The notes under the pieces are model-generated. The model was given only the letters and a program-made list of their open reading frames with translations, did not search any database and was not told the origin of the DNA. The position numbers and the translations under genes were made by a program. A DNA stretch of 64,000 nucleotides from Malacoraja senta (taxonomy: Eukaryota): contig JAXLNO010000038.1 in the NCBI GenBank assembly GCA_038087875.1, positions 1-64,000 on the forward strand, read 5' to 3'. Positions 1-12,570 of the stretch are shown here, piece by piece (the stretch's first letter is position 1; each line of letters starts with the position of its first letter).

Positions 1-791
1 GTACAGTTCTGGGGTCCATACTTAAGAAAGGATGTACTGGCCCTGGAGGCAGTGCAGCGAAGGTTTACAAGATTAATTCCTGCAATGAGGGGATTGACAT
101 ATGAGGAAAGGTTAAGTAGGCTGGAACTCTACTCTTTGGAGTTTAGAAGAATGAGAGGCGATCTCATTGAAACATATAAGATCGTGAGGGGCCTTGATCG
201 GGTGGATGCACCGAGGATGTTCCCAATGATCGGGGAAACTAGAACTAGGGGACATAGTTGTAGAATAAGAGGGGGCTCTTTTAAAACTGAGATGAGGAAG
301 AACTTCTTCACCCAGAGGGTGGTTAATTTATGGAATTCACTGCCCCAGGGAGCAGTGGAAGCAGAAACATTAAATATATTTAAATCTAAAATAGATGTTT
401 TTTTAGCTGCCAAGGGGATAAGGGGCTACGGGGAGAGGGCAGGGATATGGACCTAGGTATGGTTAGTATAGTAAGACCTGAGTGATCTCCTGGACAAGTG
501 TCGATCGCCTGGATTGGGGTCGGAGAGGAATTTCCCGGATTTTTTTCCCGAATTGGACCTGGGTTTTTATCCGGTTTTTTGCCTCCCCCAGGAGATCACG
601 CGGTTCTTGGGGTGGAGAGGGGTGATAGCGATATAAAGGGGAGGGTAGTGTCTTGTGTTCTGTGTCTTGTGTCTACTGTTTGTGGGTAAGGGTGTCTGTT
701 TAGTGTTCAGCCATGAGCGAATGGCGGTGCGGGCTCGATGGGCCTGGTGGTCTACTCTCGCACCTACTTTCTATGTTTCTATGTTTCTATG
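1..791 (+). mobile_element. CR1 LINE 3' part (ORF2 C-terminus plus long 3'UTR, (TATGTTTC)n tail)
   Basis: ORF 52..456 has CR1 C-terminal motifs ([29 protein letters not shown]); microsatellite tail at about 767-791. Confidence 0.9.
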
Positions 792-1049
792 AGGAAACAC
801 TTCTTCGCACAGAGAGTTGTGAGTCTGAGGAATTCTCTGCCTCAAAGGGCGGTGGAGGCCGGTTCTCTGGATACTTTCAAGAGAGGGCTAGATAGGGCTC
901 TTAAAGATAGCGGAGTCAGGGGATATGGTGAGAAGGCAGGAACGGGGTACTGATTGGGGATGATCAGCCATGATCACATTGAATGGCGGTGCTGCCTCGA
1001 AGGGCCGAATGGCCTACTCCTGCACCTATTGTCTATTGTCTATTGTCTC
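789..1049 (+). mobile_element. CR1 LINE 3' fragment, (TATTGTC)n tail
   Basis: RKHFFAQRVVSL...[12 protein letters not shown]1 3'UTR and tail. Confidence 0.85.
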
Positions 1050-3043
1050 TTAATGCCACGACCAATAAAGGCAAGTAAACCATATGCTTTATTTACCACT
1101 CTACCTAATTGTGTTGCCACTTGCAGGGAACCTGTACAACAAGGTCCCTCTGCATCAATACTGTCAAGGGGCTTGCCATAAATCATATACCTTTCCCAAA
1201 GTGCAACACCTCACACTTGCACGGGTTAAACTTCATTTGCCATTTCTCTAAGGTGGACAAAAATGCTGGAGAAACTCAGCGGGTGAGGCAGCATCTATGG
1301 AGTGAAGGAAATAGGCAACGTTTCGGGTCGAAACCCTTCTTCAGACTGATGTGAGGGTGGGGGGGGGGGGGCGGGAGGAAGAAAGGAAGAGGTGGAGCCA
1401 GTGGGCTGAGGGAGAGCTGAGAAGGGGAGGAGAAAGTAGGGTCTACCTGAAATTAGAGAAGTCAATGTTCATACCGCTGTGGTGTAAACTGCCCAAGCGA
1501 AATATGAGATGCTGCTCCTCCAATTTACGGTGGGCCTCACTCTGGCCCTGGAGGAGGCCCAGGACAGAAAGGTCGGATTCAGAATGGGAGGGGGAGTTGA
1601 AGTGCTGAGCCACCAGGAGATCAAGTTAGTTATTGCGAACCGCCAAATCTGCCATTTCTCTGTCTATTTCTGTAGTTGATCTTCGTCTCCTTGTATAAGT
1701 TGTCACTGTCCACAACCAGTGTTGTCTGCAAACCTACTAACCAGCTCATCTACTTTTATGACCAAGTCATTTATATAAATCACAAACAACGGAGGTCCCA
1801 ACACAGATACCCACGGACCTCCACTGGTCACGGACATCAGCCCAAATACTGCCCTTCCACCTTGATCTTCTGACTTTTAAGATTAAGCTATTTCTAAATC
1901 CATATGACCAAATCATCATGAATCCTGTGCATCTTTATCTTATGCCATCATCAGTAGTCTATCATGGGGGACTGTATCCAATATCTTACTAAAACCCATT
2001 AGCTAGCATCCTCATCAATGACCTTCATTATCTCAGCAAAACAACTTGATCAAGTTAGGAAGACATGACCTGTCGTGAACAAAGCCATGCTGACTGTCAC
2101 CAATGTTCCCATTCCCAAATTGGAGTAAATCTTATTCCAAAGAATCCTCTCCAATACCTTCCCTACCACAGACACGAAGCTCACTGGCCTAAGACTCCCT
2201 GGATTCTTTACTTCCCTTCTTAAACAAAGAAACAACATTGGCTTCTCTCCATTCCTCCAGGACCTTGCCTGTGGCTAGAGAAATTGCAAAGATCTTCATC
2301 AAGGCTCCTGCGATCTCCTTTCTTATCTAAATAACCTGGGATAGATGCCATTAGACTCTGGGGATTTATCCAGCTCTTTAGGGGCCCCTACACCACCCCC
2401 TCTGGATCTCAGAGTTCCCTTGTTTATTAATGTTCCCCACACTGATCTCATTGACCTACATGGTGAACACAGATGCAAAGTACTCGTTTAATAACTTGTC
2501 TACATCCTCTGGCTCCAAGCACAGATTCTCTCCTTTAACCTTGAACACTTCTACCTTCTCTCTATCCTCTTTTTTATAATGTGGATTTAAAAAGCCTTGG
2601 GATTTTCTTTAATCCATCAACCCAACAACATTTTGACATTTTGTGGCCCTTTTGGCCCTGCTAATTGTCCACTTGAGTCCTTTGCTACTTGCTTTATATT
2701 CTTTAAAGTTCTGACTGATTTCATCTTGTTAAACCTCGCATACACTTTATTTTTCTTTGTGACCAAATTTACAACCAGTTTGGTCATTCCTTACGTTGCC
2801 GTCCCTATCTGTCTTCCTTTCAGGAAGATGCCGATCTTGATCCTTGATCAACTGGCCTTTAAATAACTCCCATGTGCCAGTGGGGACTTACCCTATAGCA
2901 ACCGCTCACAATTTGCTTTCCCTAGCTCTTGCCTAATAACGTTGTAATCAGCTTTACTCCAATTTAATACCTTACCCCAGGTTCCAGCATTATCCCTGTT
3001 GGAAACAATCTTAATACTTGTGGAGTTCTGATCACCGTTCCCA
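1050..3043 (-). mobile_element. Old degenerate CR1 ORF2 remnant, interrupted by a PLE
   Basis: ORF 2050..2238 (RPVSFVSVVGKVLE) resembles the CR1 RT N-terminus; many stops and frameshifts. Confidence 0.7.
1250..1646 (-). mobile_element. Penelope-like element 3' fragment (GIY-YIG end plus pLTR)
   Basis: Matches the PLE ends at 14.7-15.2 kb and 56-57.9 kb; flanked by approximate repeat TGCCATTT(T)CTCT. Confidence 0.8.
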
Positions 3044-3046
3044 ACA

Positions 3047-3902
3047 TAGACACAAAATCCTGGAGTAACTCAGCAGGACAGGCAGCATCTCTGGAGAGAA
3101 GGAATGGTGACGTTTCGGGTCAAGACCCCCTCCAGACTGAGAGTCGGGTGAGAGAGCACAGAGTAGAAATGAGGCATAAAATGAAATGAAATGCCTCACC
3201 TGAAATGAGGCAGAGGTTCACTTACACCTCCTCCAACCTCATCTACTGTATCTGCTGGTCCAGTTGTGGACTCCTATATATCGGCGAGACCAAGCGCAGG
3301 CTCGGCAATCGTTTCGCTGCACACCTTCGCTACGTCCGCCTAAACCTACCTGATTTCCCGGTTGCTGAACACTTTAAATCCACCTCACATTCCCACACTG
3401 ACCTTTCTGTCCTGGGACTCCTCCATTGTCAGAGTGAGGCCCAGCGCAAATCTGAAGAACAGCACCTCATATTTAGCTTGGGCAGCTTGCACCCCAGCTA
3501 CATAAATATGTACTTCTCTAACTTCAAGTAACCCTTGCTTTCCCTCTCCCTCCATCCCCCCCTTATCAGTTCTCTGATCTGTCTGACTGTCCATCTGATT
3601 AAATTTTATATCTATTTGCTTTGTTATCACCTTCTCCTAGCTAACAATGATCTATTCTACATTTTCATTGATATTCATCTTTTTATTCTCGATGTCACAT
3701 TTTCACACCTTACCCTTCCTTATCTCTGTAGCTCTCTCTCCCCTGACTCTCAGTCTGAAGAAGGGTCTCCCACCCGAAACATCACCCATTCCTTCTATCC
3801 ACAGATGCTGCCACAAATGCTCCAGCGTTTTGCCTACCCCAGCATTTTGTGTCTATCTTTGATGTAAAACAGCATCCGTAATTCCTTCCGACACTGTTCC
3901 CA
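3047..3902 (+). mobile_element. Penelope-like element: inverted pLTR piece, GIY-YIG fragment and pLTR
   Basis: ORF 3205..3531 (NLIYCI..C..LYIGETKRRL) is GIY-YIG-like; 3047-3150 is an inverted copy of 3740-3860. Confidence 0.85.
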
Positions 3903-5980
3903 ACATACAAAAAGGAAGAAAGATTCTAAGGGGAGCAGGAGGCAACCGTGGCTGACAAGAGAAGTTAGGGATAGAATAAAATTAAAAGAAAAGGTGTATA
4001 ACACAGCAAAGAGTAGTCGGAAGCCAGAGGATTGAGAAACTTTCGTAGGACAACAGAAGGAAACAAAATGGGCAATACGGGCTGAAAAAATGAAGTACGA
4101 GGTGAAGCTGGCCAGGAATATAAAGAAGGATGGTAATAGCTTCTTTAGATATGTTAAGGGAAAAAGAGTAGCAAAATCAGATGTGGGTCCCTTGAAGGCA
4201 GATATGGGTGAAATTATTATGGGGAACAAGGAAATGGCAGAGGAGTTGAACAGGTACTTTGGATCTGTCATCACTAAGGAAGACACAAACAACCTCCCAG
4301 AAGTACTGGAGGACAGAGGATCAAAGGGGGTAGAGGAACTGAAAGGAATTATCATTAGGTGGGAAATAGTATTGGGTAGGCTAATGGGACTGAAGGATGA
4401 TAAATCCCCTGGGTGTGATGGTCTGCATCCCAGGGTCCTCAGGGAGGTGGCTCTAGAAATAGTGGACGCACTGGTGATCATTTTCCAATGTTCAATAGAT
4501 TCAGGATCAGTTCCTGTGGATTGGAGGATAGCTAATGTTATCCTACTTTTCAAGAAAGGAGCGAGAGAGAAAACGGGGAATTACAGACCAATTAGCCTGA
4601 CTTTGGTGGTGGGAAAGATGCTGGAGTCAATTATTAAAGAGGTAATAATGGGGCATTTGGATAGTAGTAAAAGGATTAGTCCAAGTCAACATGGATTTAT
4701 GAAAGGAAAATCATGCTTGACTAATCTTCTGGAATTTTTTGAGGATGTGACAAGTGAAATGGATGAAGGGGAGCCAGTGGATGTAGTGTATCTAGACTTT
4801 CAGAAAGCCTTTGATAAGGTCCCGCACGGGAGACTGGTGACTAAAATTAGAGCACATGGTATTGGGGGTAGGGTGTTGACATGGATAGAAAATTGGTTGG
4901 CAGACAGGAAGCAAAGAGTAGGAGTGAACGGGTCCTTTTCAGAATGGCAGGCAATGGCGAGTGGAGTGCCACAAGGCTCGGTGTTGGGGCCACAACTGTT
5001 TACCATATATATTAATGATTTGGAAGAGGGAATTAGGAGCAACACTAGCAAGTTTGCGGTTGACACAAAGCTGGGTGGCAGTGTGAACTGCGAAGAGGAT
5101 GTTAGGAGGTTGCAGGGTGTCCTGGACAGGTTGAGTGTGTGGGCAGATGCGTGGCAGATGCAGTGTAATATAGATAAATGTGAGGTTATCTACTTTGGTG
5201 GCAAAAACAAGGGGGCAGATTATTATCTCAATGGGGTTAGGTTAGGTAAGGGGGAGGTACAGCGAGACCTGGGTGTCCTTGTACACCAGTCACTGAAAGT
5301 TGGCGTGCAGGTACAGCAGGCCGTGAAGAAAGCTAATGGAATGTTGGCCTTCATAACAAGAGGATTTCAGTATAGGAGTAAAGAGGTTCTTCTGCAGTTG
5401 TATAGGGCTCTGGTAAGACCACATCTGGAGTATTGTGTACAGTTTTGGTCTACTAATTTGAGGAAGGACATCCTTGTGATTAAGGCAGTGCAGCGTAGGT
5501 TCACGAGATTGATCCCTGGGATGGCGGGACTGTCATATGAGGAAAGATTGAAAAGACTAGGCTTGTATTCACTGGAGTTTAGAAGGATGAGGGGATCTTA
5601 AAGAAACATATAAAATTATAAAAAGACTGGACAAGCTAGATGCAGGAAAAATGATCCCAATGTTGGGTGAGTCCAGAACCAGGGGCCACAGTCTTAGAAT
5701 AAAGGGGAGGCCATTTAAGATTGAGGTGAGAAAAAACGTTTTCACCCAGAGAGTTGTGAATTTGTGGAATTCCCTGCCACAGAGGGCAGCGGAGGCCAAA
5801 TCACTGGATGGATTTAAGAGAGAGTTAGATAGAGCTCTAGGGGCTGGTGGAATCAAGGGATATGGGGAGAAGGCAGGCACGGGCTATTGATTGGGGACGA
5901 TCAGCCATGATCACAATGAATGGCGGTGCTGGCTCGAAGGGCTGAATGGCCTCCTCCTGCACCTATTTGCTATGTTTCTA
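3903..5980 (+). mobile_element. 5'-truncated CR1 LINE
   Basis: RT ORF 4090..5601, frameshifted C-terminus 5651..5890, CR1 3'UTR and tail. Confidence 0.95.
4090..5601 (+). pseudogene. CR1 ORF2 reverse transcriptase (disrupted)
   Basis: Motifs NYRPISL, QHGF, YLDFQKAFD, GVPQGSVLGP; catalytic FADD changed to FAVD; upstream stop and a frameshift near 5600. Confidence 0.9.
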
Positions 5981-6418
5981 CTCTTCCACTGAAATACTGG
6001 TCACCTGGCCAGACCGTTTAAGGAGACCCTCATGGATGCACCTCACAAATTCTCCCCGTCTAAGCTTTCTGAACTAAGTAAGTCCCAGCCGAAATTGGGG
6101 AAGATAAAGTCAGCCACTGTGACAGGTGTCAGAGGTTATGGGGAGAAGGCAGGAGAATGAGGTTAAGAGGGAGAGATAGATCAGACATGATTGAATGGCG
6201 GATTAGACTTGATAAACCGAATGACCTAATTCTACTCCTTTTCCCTTATGACCTTAACTCTGTTGCTTTAGGCATCTTCCCTTGATCTATTCCTCTGTCT
6301 TTGCTCGCTGTTGGAAGGTCAGTAGTACTCTCCCATTAAAGTGATTGCACCTTTCTCACCCATGTTGCCTCAGTGGGCAAACACTTCAGTCTGTCCTCTG
6401 AGTGGCATTGTGACATTT

Positions 6419-6967
6419 TAGACAATAGACAATAGGTGCAGGAGTAGGCCATTCGGCCCTTCGAGCCAGCATCGCCATTCAATGTGATCATGGCTGATCT
6501 TCCCCAATCAGTACCTCGTTCCTGCCTTCTCCCCTTATCCCCTGACTCCGCTATCTTTAAGAGGCCCATCTAGCTCTCTTGAAAGTATCCAGAGAACCAG
6601 CCTCCACCTCCCTCTGAGGCAGAGAATACCACAGACCCACTACTCTCTGTGAGAAAAAGTATTTCCTCGTCTCCGTTCATATTGGCTTACCGCTTATTCT
6701 TAAACTGTGGCCCCTGGTTCTGGACTCCCCCCAACATCGAGAACATGTTTCCTGCCTCTAGCGTGTCCAAACCCTTAACAATCTTATATGTTTCAATAAG
6801 ATACCCTCTCATCCTTCTAAACTCCAGAGTATACAAGCCCAGCCGCTCCATTCTCTCAGCATATGACAGTCCCGCCATCCCGGGAATTAACCTTGTAAAC
6901 CTACGCTGCACTCCCTCAATAGCAAGAATATCCTTCTTCAAATTAGGGGACCAAAACTGCACACAAT
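6419..6967 (-). mobile_element. CR1 3' fragment
   Basis: ORF 6687..7013 (CVQFWSP...[11 protein letters not shown]) and tail. Confidence 0.9.
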
Positions 6968-7235
6968 CTGCTCTTCGATCTGCTCTTCCACCTCTCCTAC
7001 CCCTCTCTATCATATCTGAAGCACACTGCTTGGCCAGTCACAGACTGTTAGAAAAAAAAATTTCGACCAATGTGCAGAGAGTGGATGAGAAAGTGGGATA
7101 ACATAGAACTAGTGTGAACGGGTGATCAATGGTGGGCTTGGTCTTGGTGGACCAAAAGGCTTGTTTCCATGCTGTGTCTTTAAACTAGACACAAACAACA
7201 TTCCTGGTGATGGAGTGGCAAATTGAGTTGTCACC

Positions 7236-7490
7236 TTTTTAGTTCAGAGATACAGCGTGGAAACAGGCCCTTCGACCTACCGAGTCCGTACACTAGCACT
7301 ATCCTCACTGGGGACAATTTACAATTTTCTTTTACTGAAGTCAAATTGACCTAGGGAGTGTGGGAGGAAACTGGAGCACCTGGGGAAAGCCCACGCGGTC
7401 ATGGGTACATGCAAACTCCGGACAGACAGTACCCGTAGTCAAGATCGAACCCGAGCCTCTGGCGCTGTAAGGCTGCGCCACCGCTCCACC
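7236..7490 (-). mobile_element. HE1-like tRNA-derived V-SINE
   Basis: Reverse complement of the SINE at 15893-16196. Confidence 0.75.
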
Positions 7491-8576
7491 ATCTCTGCAT
7501 GCCCCATTAAGGGCTTTTAATGCATGAGTATGTAACGTTCCAGAGAGTAGTTACTAAACAAAGTCAAAAATACATGTTGTTATAAGCAATATATTTGCAA
7601 GACTCAAACACACATCTGAGTATATTGCATCAGTGAAGAAATCCAATAAACTGGAAATTACAAGATTCCTAATGCAAATGTCTCACTGTTTTTAATTAAC
7701 TTTCTAGCAAAGGATATTAGTTCCAATTGATAGCCGATGCTTTGAAATTTTAAGAAAATATGATCTTCTAAATTTTAAAATTCAACATAAGACAATTATA
7801 ATTATCTTCTGGCCATTATCATTAACTGTGTTCATTGTCTACAACACTGTGTTACACAATGCCCAGGGTGCTGTATTGTGGTTTGCTAATTATGACTTAC
7901 ACATCTCAAGAGATTCAAGTCAGGGCGATATATATGAGAGAGGTGAGGTGTTAATTAATCACCAATCTGATTCATTACATTTCATCTGGTTCCTAGGAGA
8001 AAAGATAAAGAGATGGAATTCTACCTGTAGATCGATTATTGTAGGGAATTTATAAGTTAATTGAATGAAGGAATCTCCGCAGACTCAATTCAAGATCCAA
8101 TTTTCAGAGTTGGCAAATAATTCCTAGGTTATTCCTGGCATTTGTAAATTTAAATAATCGCCAAGAACCATATTTGAATTAAAGCAAAACTGATGATTGA
8201 ATCATGAAAACCTGATAGATTGATTGTGTCCATTGTAAACTGGCAAGCACTGAAGCAGTTTGAGATTCACTACCCATTCCAACCTTGTTATTCTGGTGCC
8301 ACTGTAGCAAAGAAGGCCGGCACATTAAACGTTGTCCAGTTATACAGTTTCAAATTATAGGTTATAACTATGGTTAATTCCCGGGATGGCGGGACTGTCA
8401 TATGCTGAGAGAATGGAGCAGCTGGGCTTTTATACTCAGGAGTTTAGAAGGATGAGAGGGCATCTCATTGAAACATATAAGATTGTTAAGGGTTTGGACA
8501 CGCTAGAGGCAGGAAACATATTCCCGATGTTGGGGGAGTCCAGAACCAGGGGCCACAGTTTAAGAATAAGGAGTAA

Positions 8577-9271
8577 AGGGCCTGTCCCACTTATGTGTCC
8601 TTGGCACGCAAATTACGCGACTTCGGGGTCGCGTTGAGCCGCGACGGTCCCGCGAAGGTCGCGCGCTATTTCATGCGTACGCACAGCCGTCTGGAGCGCG
8701 TGACTTCATTTGAAGATGGACACAAAGCTGGAGTAACTCAGCGGGGCTGGCAGCATCTCTGGAGAGAAGCAATGGGTGACGTTTCGTGTCGAGACACTTC
8801 TTCAGTCTGAAAAGAAGGGTCTTGACCCGAAACATCATCCATTCCTTCTCTCCAGAGATGCTGCCGGTCCCGCTGAGTTACTCCTGCATTTTGTGTCCAT
8901 CTTCAATTTTCTTGGCCCCGCTTTGGGAGTAGAAGTGGGGGCGGATCAGGACTACAATGGCCGTGAGCCCCAGGCCGAGTTCGGCGATCGTTTGCCTGCT
9001 TCTGCTGCTGTTGGAGTTGAGACGTTGCGTCATGCCATGGTCTTGGGCCTGTCCCACATTCGCCGTCAGTTACACGACAGGCCGTTGGCGCGCGAAGATT
9101 TCGTTCGCTACAAAAATTTCGGAGCCCCGCGTGATGTCACGCACAACTACATACCCCTCCGCGCTTCTCCGTGGGACCGGCCCCGCGCAGCAATACGATG
9201 CCCGTGCTCCTCAACGCGACCACGAAGTCGCATAATTTGCGTGCCAAGTACACGTAAGTGGGACAGGCCCT
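8577..9271. mobile_element. PIF/Harbinger-type MITE
   Basis: Terminal inverted repeats start AGGGCCTGTCCCACTTA and extend imperfectly for about 60 bp; TAA TSD at 8574-76 and 9272-74. Confidence 0.85.
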
Positions 9272-9411
9272 TAAGCCATTTAGAACGGAGACCAGGAAAC
9301 ACTTTTTCTCACAGAGAGTGGTGAGTCTGTGGAATTCTCTGCCTCACAGGGCGGTGGAGGCAGGTTCTCTGGATACTTTCAAGAGAGAGCTAGATAGGGC
9401 TCTTAAAAATA

Positions 9412-11394
9412 GTGGATCAGGTCGAATGGTCTTATTTATTTTCGGTGATGGAAAATATGCAGTTAGGGGAGAAATTCTGTACATGGATAAAACTGTTATA
9501 TACAAATCCCACGGCTAGAATATTTACAAACCAAAGGTTGTCATCTAAATTTAGTCTATCTAGAGGTTGTAGACAAGGATGCCCGTTATCTCCATTATTA
9601 TTTGCGCTTGCTATTGAGCCACTTGCAGAAAGAGTCAGGGGGCATCCGGAAATACACGGATATAACACAAAGGATACAGTGAATAAAATTTCTTTATACG
9701 CAGATGATGTATTAATTTACATTACAAAACCAGAAATTAGTATTCCAAACTTATTAAAGCTAATAACCCAATTTGGTTCACTTTCAGGATACAGAATAAA
9801 TTGGAATAAAAGTGAAATTATGCCAATAAGGGAACATAACAAACAGATAATACAACAATTTCCATTTAAAATAGTAAAGGAAAAATTTAAATATCTAGGT
9901 ATTTATATAACTAAGAAATATACATCATTATTTAAAGCAAATTTTCCACCATTACTAAATAAACTACATAAGAATATTCAATACTGGAAAACACTTCCTA
10001 TCTCAATGGTAGGCAAAATTAATGCCATAAAAATGATTTTTTTACCGCAAATATTATACCTTTTTCAGACAATTCCGATATATCTGGCAAAAACCTTTTT
10101 AAAAAAACTGGATTCTATTGTTAATGATTTCATCTGGGATTATAAGAATCATAGGATAAACAAAAGACATTTGTGTAAATCAAAAATGAATGGAGGCTTG
10201 GTTGTACCCAACTTTTTGTTTTATTTTTGGGCAGTTAATATTAAAAATATGAATTTCTGGTTGGAAGAAATAGATCATCAGCCAGACTGGTTAAAAATGG
10301 AAAAGGAAGATTGTTTACCTTTTGATATCGGTTCGGTTTTATTTGCTACGTCTAAATTAAACAAAAAAATTTATAGGGAAAACCCTATAATATTTAGTGT
10401 TATACGAATTTGGAAACAATTAAAAAAGACATTAAAATTAGATAATTTATCACTTTTTCTTCCAATTGTGAATAACCCTTTGTTTAAGCCTTCATGGTTG
10501 GACGGGGGTTTTACACAATGGAAGAATTATGGAATTAAAAATATGGGACAACTTTACAAGGAAGGCACTTTTCTGACATTTCAGGAGTTGCAACAGACTT
10601 ACGGACTTCGAGGAAATGATTACTTCAGATATCTTCAACTTAGAGATTATGTAAAATCAAATACTCAAAATTTTCGAATTAGAAATTCAGAAATTCTTGA
10701 TGAATGTTGGAACAAACATCCTCATACAGAAAAATTTATATCTTATATATATAATATCTTATTAGACAGTGACATTCCATCGACGGACTTACATAGACAA
10801 ACATGGGAAAAAGAATTAAATCAAATAATAACGAAAGATACTTGGGAAGAAAGTTTGCAACACATACATCAATGTTCATTAAATGCCAGACATTCTCTAA
10901 TACAATTCAAAGTAATACATAGGTTACATTATTCCAAAACAAAACTACATAAATTTTTTCAACATATCTCACCTATATGTGATAAATGTCAACATTTAGA
11001 AGCTACCTTATCTCATATGTTTGCAAACTGTATAAAAATTAAACAATTCTGGGTAAATATTTTCAGTATAATATCTAAAGTAACCAGCACAAAATTGGAC
11101 CCAGATCCAAAATTAATAATACTTGGAATATTAGAATTAAATCAAACATTTAGAATAACACAAAGAAACTTTATTGATTATAGTTTAATAACAGGAAAAA
11201 AATTAATTCTAAAATTTTGGAAAGGCCCTACGACCCCCACAATTAAAATGTGGATTATAGAAATGACGGAGACCTTAAATGTGGAAAGAATCAGACTCTC
11301 CCTGTTGGATAAACAGGAATTATTCGTTGGAACATGGTCTCCTTTTATTGACTACCTAAAGGGCCAGAACAGTTCAGCACAGGAACCTGACTAG
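9412..11394 (+). CDS. L1 ORF2 C-terminal two-thirds (RT plus Cys/His-rich C-terminus); 5'-truncated, no internal stops
   Basis: GCRQGCPLSPLLF, YADD, INWNKS, KYLGI and CDKC..HMFANC motifs. Confidence 0.85.
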   Translation: MDQVEWSYLFSVMENMQLGEKFCTWIKLLYTNPTARIFTNQRLSSKFSLSRGCRQGCPLSPLLFALAIEPLAERVRGHPEIHGYNTKDTVNKISLYADDVLIYITKPEISIPNLLKLITQFGSLSGYRINWNKSEIMPIREHNKQIIQQFPFKIVKEKFKYLGIYITKKYTSLFKANFPPLLNKLHKNIQYWKTLPISMVGKINAIKMIFLPQILYLFQTIPIYLAKTFLKKLDSIVNDFIWDYKNHRINKRHLCKSKMNGGLVVPNFLFYFWAVNIKNMNFWLEEIDHQPDWLKMEKEDCLPFDIGSVLFATSKLNKKIYRENPIIFSVIRIWKQLKKTLKLDNLSLFLPIVNNPLFKPSWLDGGFTQWKNYGIKNMGQLYKEGTFLTFQELQQTYGLRGNDYFRYLQLRDYVKSNTQNFRIRNSEILDECWNKHPHTEKFISYIYNILLDSDIPSTDLHRQTWEKELNQIITKDTWEESLQHIHQCSLNARHSLIQFKVIHRLHYSKTKLHKFFQHISPICDKCQHLEATLSHMFANCIKIKQFWVNIFSIISKVTSTKLDPDPKLIILGILELNQTFRITQRNFIDYSLITGKKLILKFWKGPTTPTIKMWIIEMTETLNVERIRLSLLDKQELFVGTWSPFIDYLKGQNSSAQEPD

Positions 11395-11505
11395 CACCCG
11401 GGCTAAAGAATGGATGAAATGCTATATCTAGAAATGTACGAATATATCTCGAATGAAGTTTTCTATTTCAATAAATTTTTCCATTCTTCTTTAACTATCT
11501 TTTTT

Positions 11506-11542
<37 letters not shown>

Positions 11543-11773
11543 TTATTTTTTTTTTTTTTTTTATTTTTCTTCTCTTTTTTCTCTTTCTTTACTTCACCTT
11601 TCTCTTTAGTTCTATTTAGCTTAAAAAAAAAAAAAGCAAAAGGTATTGGAGACATTGTAATAATATTTAACAATATTATCAATTTAATAATGTAAGACTG
11701 TAATGATGTAACTAGGTTGTGTACGCATCTCCAATAAAAAAATATTAAAAAATAAAATTAAAAAAAAAAAAAA
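9417..11773 (+). mobile_element. 5'-truncated L1-clade LINE with poly(A) tail and 12-bp TSD
   Basis: TSD AAAAATAGTGGA at 9405-9416 and 11774-11785, preceded by TT (TT/AAAA site); A-rich tail. Confidence 0.92.
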
Positions 11774-11924
11774 AAAAATAGTGGAGTCAGGGGATAAAGG
11801 TAGAAGGCAGGAATGGGGTACTGATTGGGGATGATCAGCCATGATCACATTGAATGGCGGTGCTGGCTCGAAGGGCAGAATGGCCTGCTCCTGCACCTAT
11901 TGTCTATTGATATCCTGTTTCAAG

Positions 11925-12570
11925 TCAACGTGATCATGGCTGATCATCCCCAATCAGTACCCCGTTCCTGCCTTCTCCCCATATCCCTTGACTCTACTAT
12001 TTTTAACCTTGTAAACCTACGCTGCACTCCCTCAATAGCAAGAATGTCCTTCCTCAAATTAGGGGACCAAAACTGCACACAATACTCCAGGTGTGGTCTC
12101 ACTAGGGCACTATACAACAAATGCAGGAAAGGTTTTATGGAGATTTGTCATGGCTCAAGGACAGTTACAGATTGAGCACGCTGGGACTTTATTCTTTGGC
12201 GCTCAGGAGGCGGAGGGGTGATCTTATGGAGGTGTAAAAAACCACGATGGGCGTAGAGAGGGTGCATGCACACAACCTTTGTTGGGGAATCAAGAACTGG
12301 ATTTAAATGACATAGATTAAGGTGAGAGGGGAAAGTGTAATAAGAACCTGAAGGTCAAAGGTTTCACAGAGGATGGTGGGTGTATGGAACAAGCTGCCAG
12401 GTGAAGTGGTTGATGCAGTTACTGAAACAATATTTAAAAGACATTTGGTCAGGTACATGGATAGGAAAGAAACAATGTAGAATGAAGGGTCAAATGCAGG
12501 CAAATGGCACGAGCGTCACTGGATCCGTATTTGGGCCAAAGGGCCTGGTTCTGTGCTGTGTGAGTCTAAA
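11925..12570. mobile_element. CR1 fragments (- strand 11925-12117; older + strand about 12140-12570)
   Basis: Similar to other CR1 3' regions in the window. Confidence 0.65.

Larger units (their letters stand above)
8373..11909 (+). mobile_element. CR1 3' fragment split by a MITE and an L1 (pieces 8373-8576, 9272-9416, 11774-11909)
   Basis: The pieces rejoin into a continuous CR1 C-terminus and 3'UTR once the inserts are removed. Confidence 0.85.

Noticed and set aside
11410..11619. Phe-rich 69-aa ORF
   Set aside because: Poly-T tract in the L1 3'UTR
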